A model generated the notes under the pieces. The model saw nothing but the letters and a program-made list of their open reading frames with translations, was not told where the DNA came from and did no database searches. A program made the position numbers and the translations under genes. Shown here piece by piece: positions 17,592 through 25,592 of a stretch of 64,000 bases of DNA (position 1 is its first letter; every line of letters begins with the position of its first letter). Origin of the DNA: Solirubrobacterales bacterium (lineage in GTDB: Bacteria; Actinomycetota; Thermoleophilia; Solirubrobacterales; 70-9); assembly GCA_050697155.1 (NCBI GenBank), contig JBOGZD010000001.1, forward strand, positions 3,670 to 67,669, in the 5' to 3' direction.

Positions 17592-18823
17592 GCCGAAACG
17601 GCCTCCTGCTCGGCGAGCCGGCGGCGCATTCGCACCAGCGTGCCGGCGGAGCCGCGATCGATCTCGAGGCTGTCGACGAGTTGCTCGATCAGGCTCAGGC
17701 CCCGGCCGCGCGAGCCGGAGCGCGGATCCCGCCAGCTGCCGAAATCGCGCACCGTCATCTCGATCCCGTCGCCGGTGCGGTGCGCCCCCACCACATAGGA
17801 GGCCTCGCCGGGCGGATACGCGTGGGCGATCGCGTTCGCGCAGGCCTCCCCCACCGCGACGAGCGACTCGTAGACCTCTGCCTCGCCAGCCCCGGCGGCG
17901 CGCAGCCACGGGCCGAGCGTGCGGCGCATCGGCGCCAGCGACTCCGGCTCGGCGCGCAGGGTCACCTCGATCCGCTCCTCGGTCAGCGGCTCCAGCCGCA
18001 GGGCGAGCAGCGCCACGTCGTCGCGGGGCGCGCGGTCGCGGAAGCGCGACTGCAGCAGCGCCGCACAGACCGCCTCCGGCCCGCCGGGCACGCCGGCGGC
18101 GAAGCCGCGCAGCCATTCGAGCCCCTTGTCGAGGGAGATCTCGGGGCGCTCGACGAGCCCGTCGGTGTACAGCAGCACGGTCGAGCCCGGGGTGAGCGCG
18201 ACGGTGCTCTCCTCGTAGGTCGGGAAGGGCACGACGCCTAGCGGGCTGCCGGCGGGGCCCTCGGCGAAGAACGCCTCGCCTGTCGAATCGATGATCAGCG
18301 GCGGCGGGTGGCCGGCCGAGGCGAGTCGGAGGCTGCCCTCCTCCGGGTCGACGACGGCGTAGATCAGGGTCGCCATCGGCCCGCCCGCGACCTCGCGCGC
18401 GAACGCGTTCATCCGCTCGAGCACCAGCGAGGGCCGGAGCCCTTCGAGCCCGTAGGCCCGCAGCGCGTTCTGGAGCCGCGCCATCCGCGACGCCGCGTCG
18501 AGGCCGTGCCCGACCACGTCGCCGATCGCGATCCCGGCCTGCCCGTCGCGGAGGCCGATCACGTCGTACCAGTCCCCGCCGACCTGGGCATCGGCGCTCC
18601 CGGCGACGTAGCGGGCGGCGACCGAGAGGCCCGGCAGATCGGGCAGGTGCTCGGGCAGCAGGCTCCGCTGCAGGGTCTCGGCGAGGGCGGCGACGTGCTC
18701 GACCTCCTCCGCGGCGCGGCGCAGGCCCTCGAGGGTCGCGTCGATGATCGCCTCGCCTTCGGGCGCGCCCTCCTCCGGGCCCTCCGGGCCGCCGGCCCCC
18801 GCTGACGTCTCCTCCGCGGACAA
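17588..18823 (-). CDS. PP2C (SpoIIE-type) phosphatase fused to an RsbW-like HATPase kinase domain
   Basis: PP2C blocks (VGGDWYDVI, GIAIGDVVGHGLDAA, LLYTDGLVE), then an anti-sigma-kinase-like C-terminus (GEACANAIAHAY ... VRDFGSW ... GRGLSLIEQLVD). The start is uncertain: TTG at 18823 was chosen so the gene does not run into the divergent gene at 18889. Confidence 0.7.
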   Translation of the reverse strand: MSAEETSAGAGGPEGPEEGAPEGEAIIDATLEGLRRAAEEVEHVAALAETLQRSLLPEHLPDLPGLSVAARYVAGSADAQVGGDWYDVIGLRDGQAGIAIGDVVGHGLDAASRMARLQNALRAYGLEGLRPSLVLERMNAFAREVAGGPMATLIYAVVDPEEGSLRLASAGHPPPLIIDSTGEAFFAEGPAGSPLGVVPFPTYEESTVALTPGSTVLLYTDGLVERPEISLDKGLEWLRGFAAGVPGGPEAVCAALLQSRFRDRAPRDDVALLALRLEPLTEERIEVTLRAEPESLAPMRRTLGPWLRAAGAGEAEVYESLVAVGEACANAIAHAYPPGEASYVVGAHRTGDGIEMTVRDFGSWRDPRSGSRGRGLSLIEQLVDSLEIDRGSAGTLVRMRRRLAEQEAVSA

Positions 18824-18888
18824 TTCGCGCCGAGTGTAGTGACCCCGTCGCCCGGTACCGACTGGGCGATCGACTACCTTCGACCCGC

Positions 18889-19848
18889 GTGGAAGGCTCC
18901 AGCGACGCCCAGATCGCGCGCACCCCCGGGGCGCAGGAGCAGCTCGCCAAGGAGTGGCTGCTGCGAATGATCGAGCGCACCCCCCTCGACGACGTCGGCG
19001 AGATCCCGATGGACTGGATCGCCGAGCAGGCCCCGCCGCTGATCGCCGACATCCTCGCGGCGCTCTCGGACCCGCTCGCCGCTCCGGATCGTCCGCTTGA
19101 GCCGGAGGAACGTGAGCGGGCGGCGAAGCTGGCGGGGCTGCGCGACGGCCCGGGGGCCGCGGAGCAGATCCCGCGCGACCTGGCGGCGCTCCAGGCGCTG
19201 CTGGTGGAGACGCTTCGCCGCGAGATCCCCGAGCGCCGCCAGGGTGACTTCGCCCGCGCGGTCGAGCGCCTCGCCGAGGTATTCGGGTCGATCCAGGGGG
19301 CGGTCGCGAGCTCACTGGTCGACGAGCGAACGGGGGGCGCGCGAGTCGATCGCCTCACCGGCCTGCCGGGACCGGTCCAGCTGGACGAGTGGATACGGAT
19401 CCTGCTCGCCGAGCAACGCCGCTACGAGCACGGCTTCGCGCTCGCGCTCGTCGACATCGACGGGCTCGCCAAGATCAACGAGGCCTACGGCCGCGACGCC
19501 GGCGATCGTCTGCTGACCGCGGTCGCGGGGGTGATCCGGAGGCAGATCCGCAACGTCGATCAGGCGTTCCGGCTCGAGGGCGGCGAGTTCCTCGTGCTCT
19601 GCCCTCACCAGGACGCGGCCGGCCTCGTGCCGATGGCGGAGCGGATCGCCAACCTGGTCGAGAGCTCCCAGCTCGCCGAGGGGCCGCGGATCGGGGTCGC
19701 GGTCGGCGTCGCTTCATGCCCCGAGAACGGCGAGGACGCGGAGGCGCTGATCGAGGTCGCGCAACAGGCGACCTACGACGCGAAGGCGGCGGGGCGGCGG
19801 GTCGGCACCGGGCCGGGTGGGCCCGAGCCGGTTCTGCAAGATCAGTAA
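18889..19848 (+). CDS. GGDEF-domain protein with degenerate active site (EGGEF)
   Basis: GGDEF fold recognisable (RLTGLPG ... LALVDIDGLAKINEAYGRDAGDRLL ... AFRLEGGEFLVL ... AQQATYDAKAAGRR). The signature reads EGGEF, and other conserved positions are substituted. Confidence 0.75.
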   Translation: MEGSSDAQIARTPGAQEQLAKEWLLRMIERTPLDDVGEIPMDWIAEQAPPLIADILAALSDPLAAPDRPLEPEERERAAKLAGLRDGPGAAEQIPRDLAALQALLVETLRREIPERRQGDFARAVERLAEVFGSIQGAVASSLVDERTGGARVDRLTGLPGPVQLDEWIRILLAEQRRYEHGFALALVDIDGLAKINEAYGRDAGDRLLTAVAGVIRRQIRNVDQAFRLEGGEFLVLCPHQDAAGLVPMAERIANLVESSQLAEGPRIGVAVGVASCPENGEDAEALIEVAQQATYDAKAAGRRVGTGPGGPEPVLQDQ

Positions 19849-19935
19849 CGCGCACGAAAAGACCCACCAGTAGCTGCGCGAAGTTGCTGAGATCCTGCAG
19901 CTCGCGGCGCCGCGAGCCGATCAACCTATAGAGAG

Positions 19936-20766
19936 ATGACCGGGATCAGGATCAACGCCGCCGCGGAAATGCTCGGAGTCAGCCCGAGCACGCTCCGCAG
20001 CTGGGAGCGCAGGCTCGGCTATCCGCAGCCGCGGCGCACGCCCGGCAATCACCGCCTGTATGAGCTCGAGGAGGTCGAGACGCTGCGCGAAGCGCTGCGC
20101 GAGACCGGCAACATCTCGAGCGCGGTCGACATCGCCCAGCGGCGCGGACGCGGCCCGGCCTCTCCGGCGCGGCTGCTGTCGGCATTCGACCGCTTCGACG
20201 AAGCGGCATCCGATCGTGAGCTCGAAGGGAGCCTTGGCGTGCGCTCGGTCGAGCGCACGGTCACCGAGGTGCTCCTCCCCGCGCTCGAGATGGCCGCGCG
20301 GCGACCCGGTGGCGAGGCGGAGCTGGAACACGCCTGCCGCTGGGCGACGGGCTGGCTTCACGGTGCCCGTCGTCTCGCCCCCGCGGCGACCCGCCCAGAG
20401 GGGGTCCTGCTGCTCGATTCCGGCTCGCCGCTGGGGCTCGAGGCCACCTACGTGCAGGCGCTGGAGCTCTTCCTGCGCCGTGCGGGCCTCCGCGTGCTGC
20501 TGCTCTCCGCCGACCTGGGCGAGGGCCGGTTTCGCAACGCGCTGCGCGCCCTGCACCCCGAGGCCGCCGTGATCTGCGGCGCCGCCGCCCGGCTCGACGT
20601 CCTCGCCGAGCCGCTGCGCCGCCTGCGCAGCGAGAACGGGCCGGCCCGTCTCTACGGCTACCGCGCCGCCCAGCTGGTCTCCGGCCGCGAGGGCATCCCC
20701 GCGTTGGGCGACGATCCCGACGCGGCGACGGCATCGCTGCTCGCCGAGCTCGAGCGCTCGCTGTAG
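19936..20766 (+). CDS. MerR-family HTH regulator with C-terminal B12-binding-like domain
   Basis: IRINAAAEMLGVSPSTLRSWERRLGYPQPRRTPGNHRLYELEEVETL, then a Rossmann-like region (VLLLDSGSPLGLEATYVQALELFLRRAGLRVLLLSADL) without an obvious DxHxxG histidine. Confidence 0.65.
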   Translation: MTGIRINAAAEMLGVSPSTLRSWERRLGYPQPRRTPGNHRLYELEEVETLREALRETGNISSAVDIAQRRGRGPASPARLLSAFDRFDEAASDRELEGSLGVRSVERTVTEVLLPALEMAARRPGGEAELEHACRWATGWLHGARRLAPAATRPEGVLLLDSGSPLGLEATYVQALELFLRRAGLRVLLLSADLGEGRFRNALRALHPEAAVICGAAARLDVLAEPLRRLRSENGPARLYGYRAAQLVSGREGIPALGDDPDAATASLLAELERSL

Positions 20767-20942
20767 CTAAGCCCGGCCGGGCTACCTGCGCATGAATTGC
20801 AGGTTCGGTCGGTCGAACCTGCGCATCTCCCGGCATACCGGAAAGCAACTAGTTGCCACCGGTAGTCGCTCCGGTTAAACACGCGCATGTCCAGCGCAGT
20901 TTTGTCCGCTTCGATGCGGGCTTTTCAACCCGGAGAGGGAAA

Positions 20943-21179
20943 GTGGAAGCAAGTCAGAAGTTCTTCAACGTAAGCGAGGCCGCGGCCCACATCGGCGTGA
21001 GCGCCGCGTCCCTGCGCAAGTGGTCCGACCAGGGTCTCGTGCCCGTCTACCGCACCCCGGGCGGCCAGCGCCGCTACTCCGTCGAGGACCTCGACGAGTT
21101 CATGTCGTCGATGCGGCAGCCGGCGTCGCGTCCCGCGGTTCCGCGCTACGGCCGCAACGCCGGCTCGACGAGCGGCTAG
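20943..21179 (+). CDS. Small MerR/excisionase-type HTH protein (BldC-like size)
   Basis: GTG at 20943, immediately preceded by GGAGAGGGA at 20932-20940. FFNVSEAAAHIGVSAASLRKWSDQGLVPVYRTPGGQRRYSVEDLDEF. The track start at 20853 is rejected. Confidence 0.65.
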   Translation: MEASQKFFNVSEAAAHIGVSAASLRKWSDQGLVPVYRTPGGQRRYSVEDLDEFMSSMRQPASRPAVPRYGRNAGSTSG

Positions 21180-21216
21180 TCAAACCCACAACACGAAGCA
21201 AGAGGGGACCAGGACG

Positions 21217-22617
21217 ATGATCCGGCGGCCGTCGCGAGCCATGATCAGTGGGGGCTTCGCCTTGATCGCCGCCGCGGTAGTCGTCGGGGTCCTGCGCAAT
21301 CCGTTCGCCACGTGGGACCTTTCCCTGCTCGCGATCCTGCTAGCGCTGTCGATCGTCAGCGATCTGTTGAGGATTGAGGTTCCTGCCTATCGGGTCTTCC
21401 TCTCGGCGAGCTTCCTTTCGATCGTCACCGCCGCGGTCTTTCTCGGTGGGCCGCCGGCGATGTTCATCGGCGTGGCGACGATCCTGTCCGTCTGGCTGAG
21501 GGAGCGCTATCGCCTCGACTACCTGCTGATCAACCTCGTCACCTACGCCTGGTTCCCGCTGATCGCGGGGATCGGGTTCCACGAGGCGATCCAGGCGGGT
21601 GATATCGCGAACACGGCCGCGAGCTTCTATCTCCTGGTTTTCGCCGTCTTCGTCTTCGCGCTCGTCGTCGACTTCACCGCGATCGCCGGGTACACCTGCT
21701 GGGAGGAGGGCAGCCGGTTTACGACCAAGGTGCGACGGGCCCTGGTGCCGGTCCTGCCCTCGGAGCTGGCCTCGGCGCTGCTCACGGTCGCCATCGCGGT
21801 TGGCTACGTCGCGTTCGGGCTCGGCGCGCTGACCATGTTCGCCATCGTGGTGCTGGTCTTCCAGTACCTCGTCCGCGAGCTGCTCGTTTCCCAGCGGCGC
21901 GCTGACGAGCTGGAGCTGCGCGCCAGACAGCTCGCCGGGTTCCAGGTCGCCCTGTTGAGCGCGCTCTTGCGAACGCTGGACCTGCGCGACCGGATGACCG
22001 CCCGCCACAGCGCCGCGGTCGCCCGCTACTCGCGCGAGATCGCAGTCAAGGCGGGGCTCTCACGCGAGGAGCAGGAGCTCGTCCACACCGCGGGGCTCCT
22101 GCACGACATCGGCAAGTTCGTGCTCCCGGACGCGATCCTCAAGGCGACTCGACGCCAGCTCACCGACGAGGAATGGGACGAGATCCGCAAGCACCCCTAC
22201 GAGGGCGCTCGGATCGTCTCCCAGATTGACGGCTACCAGCCGATCGGGGAGATCATCCTCGCCCACCACGAGAAGGTCGACGGGACCGGCTACCCGCGCG
22301 GACTGCGGGGGGACGACATCCCGCTGCTCGCCCGGGTGATCGCCGTCGCCGATACCTACGACGTGATGACGGCCCGCGACAGCTACCGCGAGCCGGTCAG
22401 CTCATACGAGGCGATGATCGAGATGCGCCGGGTCGCCGGCAGTCAGCTCGATCAGCGCTTCGTCGACGCCTTCGCCGAGCTGCTCGAGGGCAAGGACCTC
22501 GCCTACAAGCACGGCGAGGACGCCGACTTCGAGCAAGAGCTCGCGCTCGACAAGCGGATCACGGACTATGTCGCGGCTGGGAGCGCCGCACCGTCGGGCC
22601 CCGAGACGGAGCGCTGA
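21217..22617 (+). CDS. Membrane-bound HD-GYP domain protein (c-di-GMP phosphodiesterase type)
   Basis: About 220 aa of polytopic N-terminus, then HSAAVARYS ... LLHDIGK ... HHEKVDGTGYPRGL ... IAVADTYDVMT. The HD and GYP motifs are intact. Confidence 0.9.
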   Translation: MIRRPSRAMISGGFALIAAAVVVGVLRNPFATWDLSLLAILLALSIVSDLLRIEVPAYRVFLSASFLSIVTAAVFLGGPPAMFIGVATILSVWLRERYRLDYLLINLVTYAWFPLIAGIGFHEAIQAGDIANTAASFYLLVFAVFVFALVVDFTAIAGYTCWEEGSRFTTKVRRALVPVLPSELASALLTVAIAVGYVAFGLGALTMFAIVVLVFQYLVRELLVSQRRADELELRARQLAGFQVALLSALLRTLDLRDRMTARHSAAVARYSREIAVKAGLSREEQELVHTAGLLHDIGKFVLPDAILKATRRQLTDEEWDEIRKHPYEGARIVSQIDGYQPIGEIILAHHEKVDGTGYPRGLRGDDIPLLARVIAVADTYDVMTARDSYREPVSSYEAMIEMRRVAGSQLDQRFVDAFAELLEGKDLAYKHGEDADFEQELALDKRITDYVAAGSAAPSGPETER

Positions 22618-22641
22618 ACGCGCCCGCCTGCACGCAGCTAA

Positions 22642-22675
22642 ACGCCGCGTCCACCCGACTCGGGTGCCGCGGCGT
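22642..22675 (+). terminator. Stem-loop after the HD-GYP gene
   Basis: ACGCCGCG-tcc-ACCCG-act-CGGGT-g-CCGCGGCGT, a nested hairpin 25 nt after the stop. There is no clear U-tract, so the call is tentative. Confidence 0.4.
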
Positions 22676-22841
22676 CCAATTCCTCCTGCTTGAAAGCTGT
22701 CCTAGCCCTTGCGATAGCCCATGAGAAAACTTCCCTCTCTGTGGAATTAGCTGCGAGGAGCTTAGCGAACTTGTTAGAAGTTGCAAGTCAGGCGCGGAAG
22801 TTGCATGAATCGGTCCTGTCGTTGAGTACGGTCGCGCCCCG

Positions 22842-24125
22842 ATGGCCGCGCTGAGACCGCTCCGCCTGCCGGGCTTTCCCAGCCTCGGCACGGCCTACTT
22901 CGTCAACGAGCTCGGGAACTGGCTCGGGGAGATCGCGCTCGCGATCCTGGTCTTCGACCAGACCGGCGATCCCCTGGCGACGGCGGCGCTCTTCCTCGGG
23001 ATGCAGTTCGCCCCGGCGGTACTCTCCCCCCCGCTGACCGCGCGGCTCGAGGCGCTGCCCGCACGCACCACGCTGCCGGCGCTGTACGCGGCCGAGGCGG
23101 CCGCGTTCGCCGGGCTCGCCCTGCTCGTCGACCAGTTCGTGCTCGTCGCGGTGCTCGCGCTCGCCACCTTCGACGGCGCAATCGCGTCTACGGCGCGGGC
23201 CCTCACCCGCGCCTCGGCTGCCGCGGTGCTCTCCCCCGCCGGCCAGCTGCGGGAGGGCAACGCGCTGCTCAACGTCGCGTTCACCGCCGGCGCCGCAGGC
23301 GGCCCGGCGCTGGCGGGGCTGGTGGTGGCCGGCGCCGGGGTCGAGGTCGCACTGTTTGCCGACGCCGCGTCGTTCCTCGCCGTGGCGGCGCTGCTGGCGC
23401 TGACCCGGCGACTGCCCCGTCCCGAGACCGAGCCGGGCGAGCAAACGTGGGTCGAGCGGCTGCGAAACGGGCTCGCATACGTGCGCCGCCGGGCCGCCCT
23501 CGGTCGGCTGCTCGGCGCCCAGGCGGTCGCGTTCGTCTTCTTTGCCCTGGTGATCCCGATCGAGGTGGTGTTCGCGAAGGAGACCCTCGACGCCGGCGAC
23601 GCCGGCTACGGCGCACTGCTCGCGAGCTGGGGCGCGGGCATGGTCATCGGCAGCCTCCTATTCGCCTGGCTGCGCCGAGTCCCGCTCGGGGTGCTGCTCG
23701 CCGCCTCGACCGCGGCGATCGGCGCCGCCTACCTCGGCACCGCTGTGGCGCCCTCGCTGGTGGTCGCCTGTGCCGCCTCGGCGATCGGGGGAACGGGGAA
23801 CGGGATCCAGTGGATCGCGCTGGTCACCGCGGTCCAGGAGCTCACCCGGGCCACCTATCAGGCACGCGTGCTGGCGCTGCTTGAGGCCCTGGCGAGCGCG
23901 ATGCCGGGCATAGGCTTCCTGCTCGGCGGCGCGATCACCGCCGCGCTCGACCCGCGTGCGAGCTACGCGGTCGCCGGCGCCGGGGTCCTGGTCGTGCTCC
24001 TGCTCGCGGTCACGGTGCTGAGGCGGACGGATTGGACTCCGGAGCTCGAGCAGGGCCTGCGCCGAAGTGCAAGTTCCGTTGCAGCCGGAGCGGAGCCCGC
24101 GCCGAGGGCGGTGACCGGTCCGTGA
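22842..24125 (+). CDS. MFS transporter
   Basis: 427 aa with about 12 predicted TM segments. The N-terminus is typical of enterobactin-exporter-like MFS_3 proteins (FRLLWLG-type: LRLPGFPSLGTAYFVNELGNWLGEIAL). Confidence 0.75.
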   Translation: MAALRPLRLPGFPSLGTAYFVNELGNWLGEIALAILVFDQTGDPLATAALFLGMQFAPAVLSPPLTARLEALPARTTLPALYAAEAAAFAGLALLVDQFVLVAVLALATFDGAIASTARALTRASAAAVLSPAGQLREGNALLNVAFTAGAAGGPALAGLVVAGAGVEVALFADAASFLAVAALLALTRRLPRPETEPGEQTWVERLRNGLAYVRRRAALGRLLGAQAVAFVFFALVIPIEVVFAKETLDAGDAGYGALLASWGAGMVIGSLLFAWLRRVPLGVLLAASTAAIGAAYLGTAVAPSLVVACAASAIGGTGNGIQWIALVTAVQELTRATYQARVLALLEALASAMPGIGFLLGGAITAALDPRASYAVAGAGVLVVLLLAVTVLRRTDWTPELEQGLRRSASSVAAGAEPAPRAVTGP

Positions 24126-24149
24126 GCATCCGTTAATATCCCGCGCCGC

Positions 24150-24310
24150 CGAGTTCCCTGCGATTCGCGCGATCGGCATCGGTCGGCAAGGCGGGGGATC
24201 GGGGGACCCGAGGGCGGCGCTGCTCTTCGCCGCCAGGGGCGAATCGCGGCCTGTGCCCGCGTAGCGCCATCCGCCGGCGCGAGCCCGCCAGCTAACCCCG
24301 TAGGCGCCGA
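24150..24310 (+). promoter_or_regulatory. ydaO/yuaA-type (c-di-AMP) riboswitch
   Basis: Contains GCGAUUCGCG, GGGGGACCCGA, GGGGCGAAUCGCGG, GAGCCCGCCAGCUAACCCCGUAGGCG in the consensus order. It ends 3 nt before the ATG of an Rpf-like gene. Confidence 0.8.
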
Positions 24311-24313
24311 GCG

Positions 24314-25339
24314 ATGGGCTCCGCCAACCGAAAACAGCCTGGCCTGGCTCCACCATCCGTGGCGTTGGTTGCGCTGTGCGCGATCGCCCTCGCGGCCACT
24401 TTCTTCGCCGCCCGCTCCGGCGCTCAGAGCGTCGATGAGCTGAACTCCCGGATCGCCGGCGCCCGTGAGCAGGCCCAGGCCCTGGGCTCCGAGATCGACG
24501 CCGCCTCGGCGCAACTCGCCGCCACGCAGGAGCAGGCGATCGCGGCCGCGGAGCGCGAGGCGCAGCTCAGCGCAGTGCTCGAGCGGGGGTTGGAGCGCGA
24601 GCGCCGGCTGGAGGCCGCGGTGGCCGTCGCCGAGTCGGAGCTGCGGGAGGCGCGGGCGCGGCTCCGCCGCGCGCTCGTCGTGCTCGCGGACCGGCTGGTC
24701 GCGATCTACAAGAGCAACATGCCCGACGCGACCACCCTGCTGCTCGACTCCGAGGGCTTCGACGACCTCGCCACCCGGGCCGAGTACCTGCAGCGGATCG
24801 AGGAGGCAGACGCGAGCCTCGCCGCCCGGGTGCGGATGCTGCGCGCGGCGGTCGCCGACCACCTCGCCGCGGTCGAGGACGCGGAGGCGCGCGCCGCGGC
24901 GTTCAACGAGCGGGTCGCGACCGCCCGCGACCAGATCGCGGCGGTACGAGCCGAGGCCGAGGCGCAGGCGGCGGCGCTCGCCGACGCGCGGGCCCGCCGC
25001 CAGGCGGCGCTGGAGGGCCTCCAGTCCCAGATCGGCGGCTGGACGGCCGAGGTCCAGCGGCTGGAGCGGATCTCCGCCCAGCAGGCGCAGGAGCAGGTCG
25101 CCGGCTGGGTCGGCGACTGGGCGATCCCGGAGTCGATCGTGATGTGCGAATCCGGCGGGAACTTCGACGCCGTCAACCCGTCCTCGGGCGCCGGCGGCGC
25201 CTACCAGATCCTGCCCTCGACCTGGGAGCTCTACGGCGGCGAGGGCGATCCCGAGGACGCCTCGCCCGAGCAGCAGCACCAGATCGCGAGCCAGATCTGG
25301 GCCGACTCGGGCAGCGGTGCCTGGGTCTGCGCCGGGTAG
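24314..25339 (+). CDS. Secreted coiled-coil protein with C-terminal Rpf-type transglycosylase-like domain
   Basis: Signal peptide, about 230 aa of Ala/Glu/Arg-rich coiled coil, then IVMCESGGNFDAVNPSSGAGGAYQILPSTWELYGG ... GSGAWVCAG. Confidence 0.85.
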   Translation: MGSANRKQPGLAPPSVALVALCAIALAATFFAARSGAQSVDELNSRIAGAREQAQALGSEIDAASAQLAATQEQAIAAAEREAQLSAVLERGLERERRLEAAVAVAESELREARARLRRALVVLADRLVAIYKSNMPDATTLLLDSEGFDDLATRAEYLQRIEEADASLAARVRMLRAAVADHLAAVEDAEARAAAFNERVATARDQIAAVRAEAEAQAAALADARARRQAALEGLQSQIGGWTAEVQRLERISAQQAQEQVAGWVGDWAIPESIVMCESGGNFDAVNPSSGAGGAYQILPSTWELYGGEGDPEDASPEQQHQIASQIWADSGSGAWVCAG

Positions 25340-25373
25340 CCGCCCCGCCGCCCCCGGGACGCGGGAGCAGATC

Positions 25374-25399
25374 AAAAAGCGCGCGGCGTAGCCGCGCGC
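25374..25399 (-). terminator. Rho-independent terminator for the argG transcript
   Basis: Perfect 9-bp stem GCGCGCGGC-uac-GCCGCGCGC followed by UUUUU on the minus strand. It lies between convergent genes. Confidence 0.75.
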
Positions 25400-25439
25400 C
25401 AGGTATTCCGAGCGGGAGCGGAGGAGGCGGCGGAGTTAC

Positions 25440-25592
25440 TCACCCCTCGGGCGGCTCGCGGGTCGCGACCGCGTACACGACCGCCGCGGCCACGGCGCCG
25501 AGGATCGCGCCGGCGATCGTGAGCTGGCGTCCGTAGCGGGCCCAGGCGAGCCGGACGACGATCCGGCCGATCAACTCGTAGAACGCGGACAT
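25440..25592 (-). CDS. 50-aa hydrophobic mini-protein translationally coupled to argG
   Basis: MSAFYELIGRIVVRLAWARYGRQLTIAGAILGAVAAAVVYAVATREPPEG. Its ATG shares one base with the argG TGA (TGATG). It is below the ORF-track cutoff. Confidence 0.45.
   Translation of the reverse strand: MSAFYELIGRIVVRLAWARYGRQLTIAGAILGAVAAAVVYAVATREPPEG

Noticed and set aside
17592-19358. N-terminal 589 aa of the 712-aa track ORF 17220..19358
   Set aside because: Only the last 123 aa form a STAS domain. The upstream part is Arg/Pro/Ala-rich and overlaps the well-supported PP2C-kinase gene in another frame and the divergent GGDEF gene.
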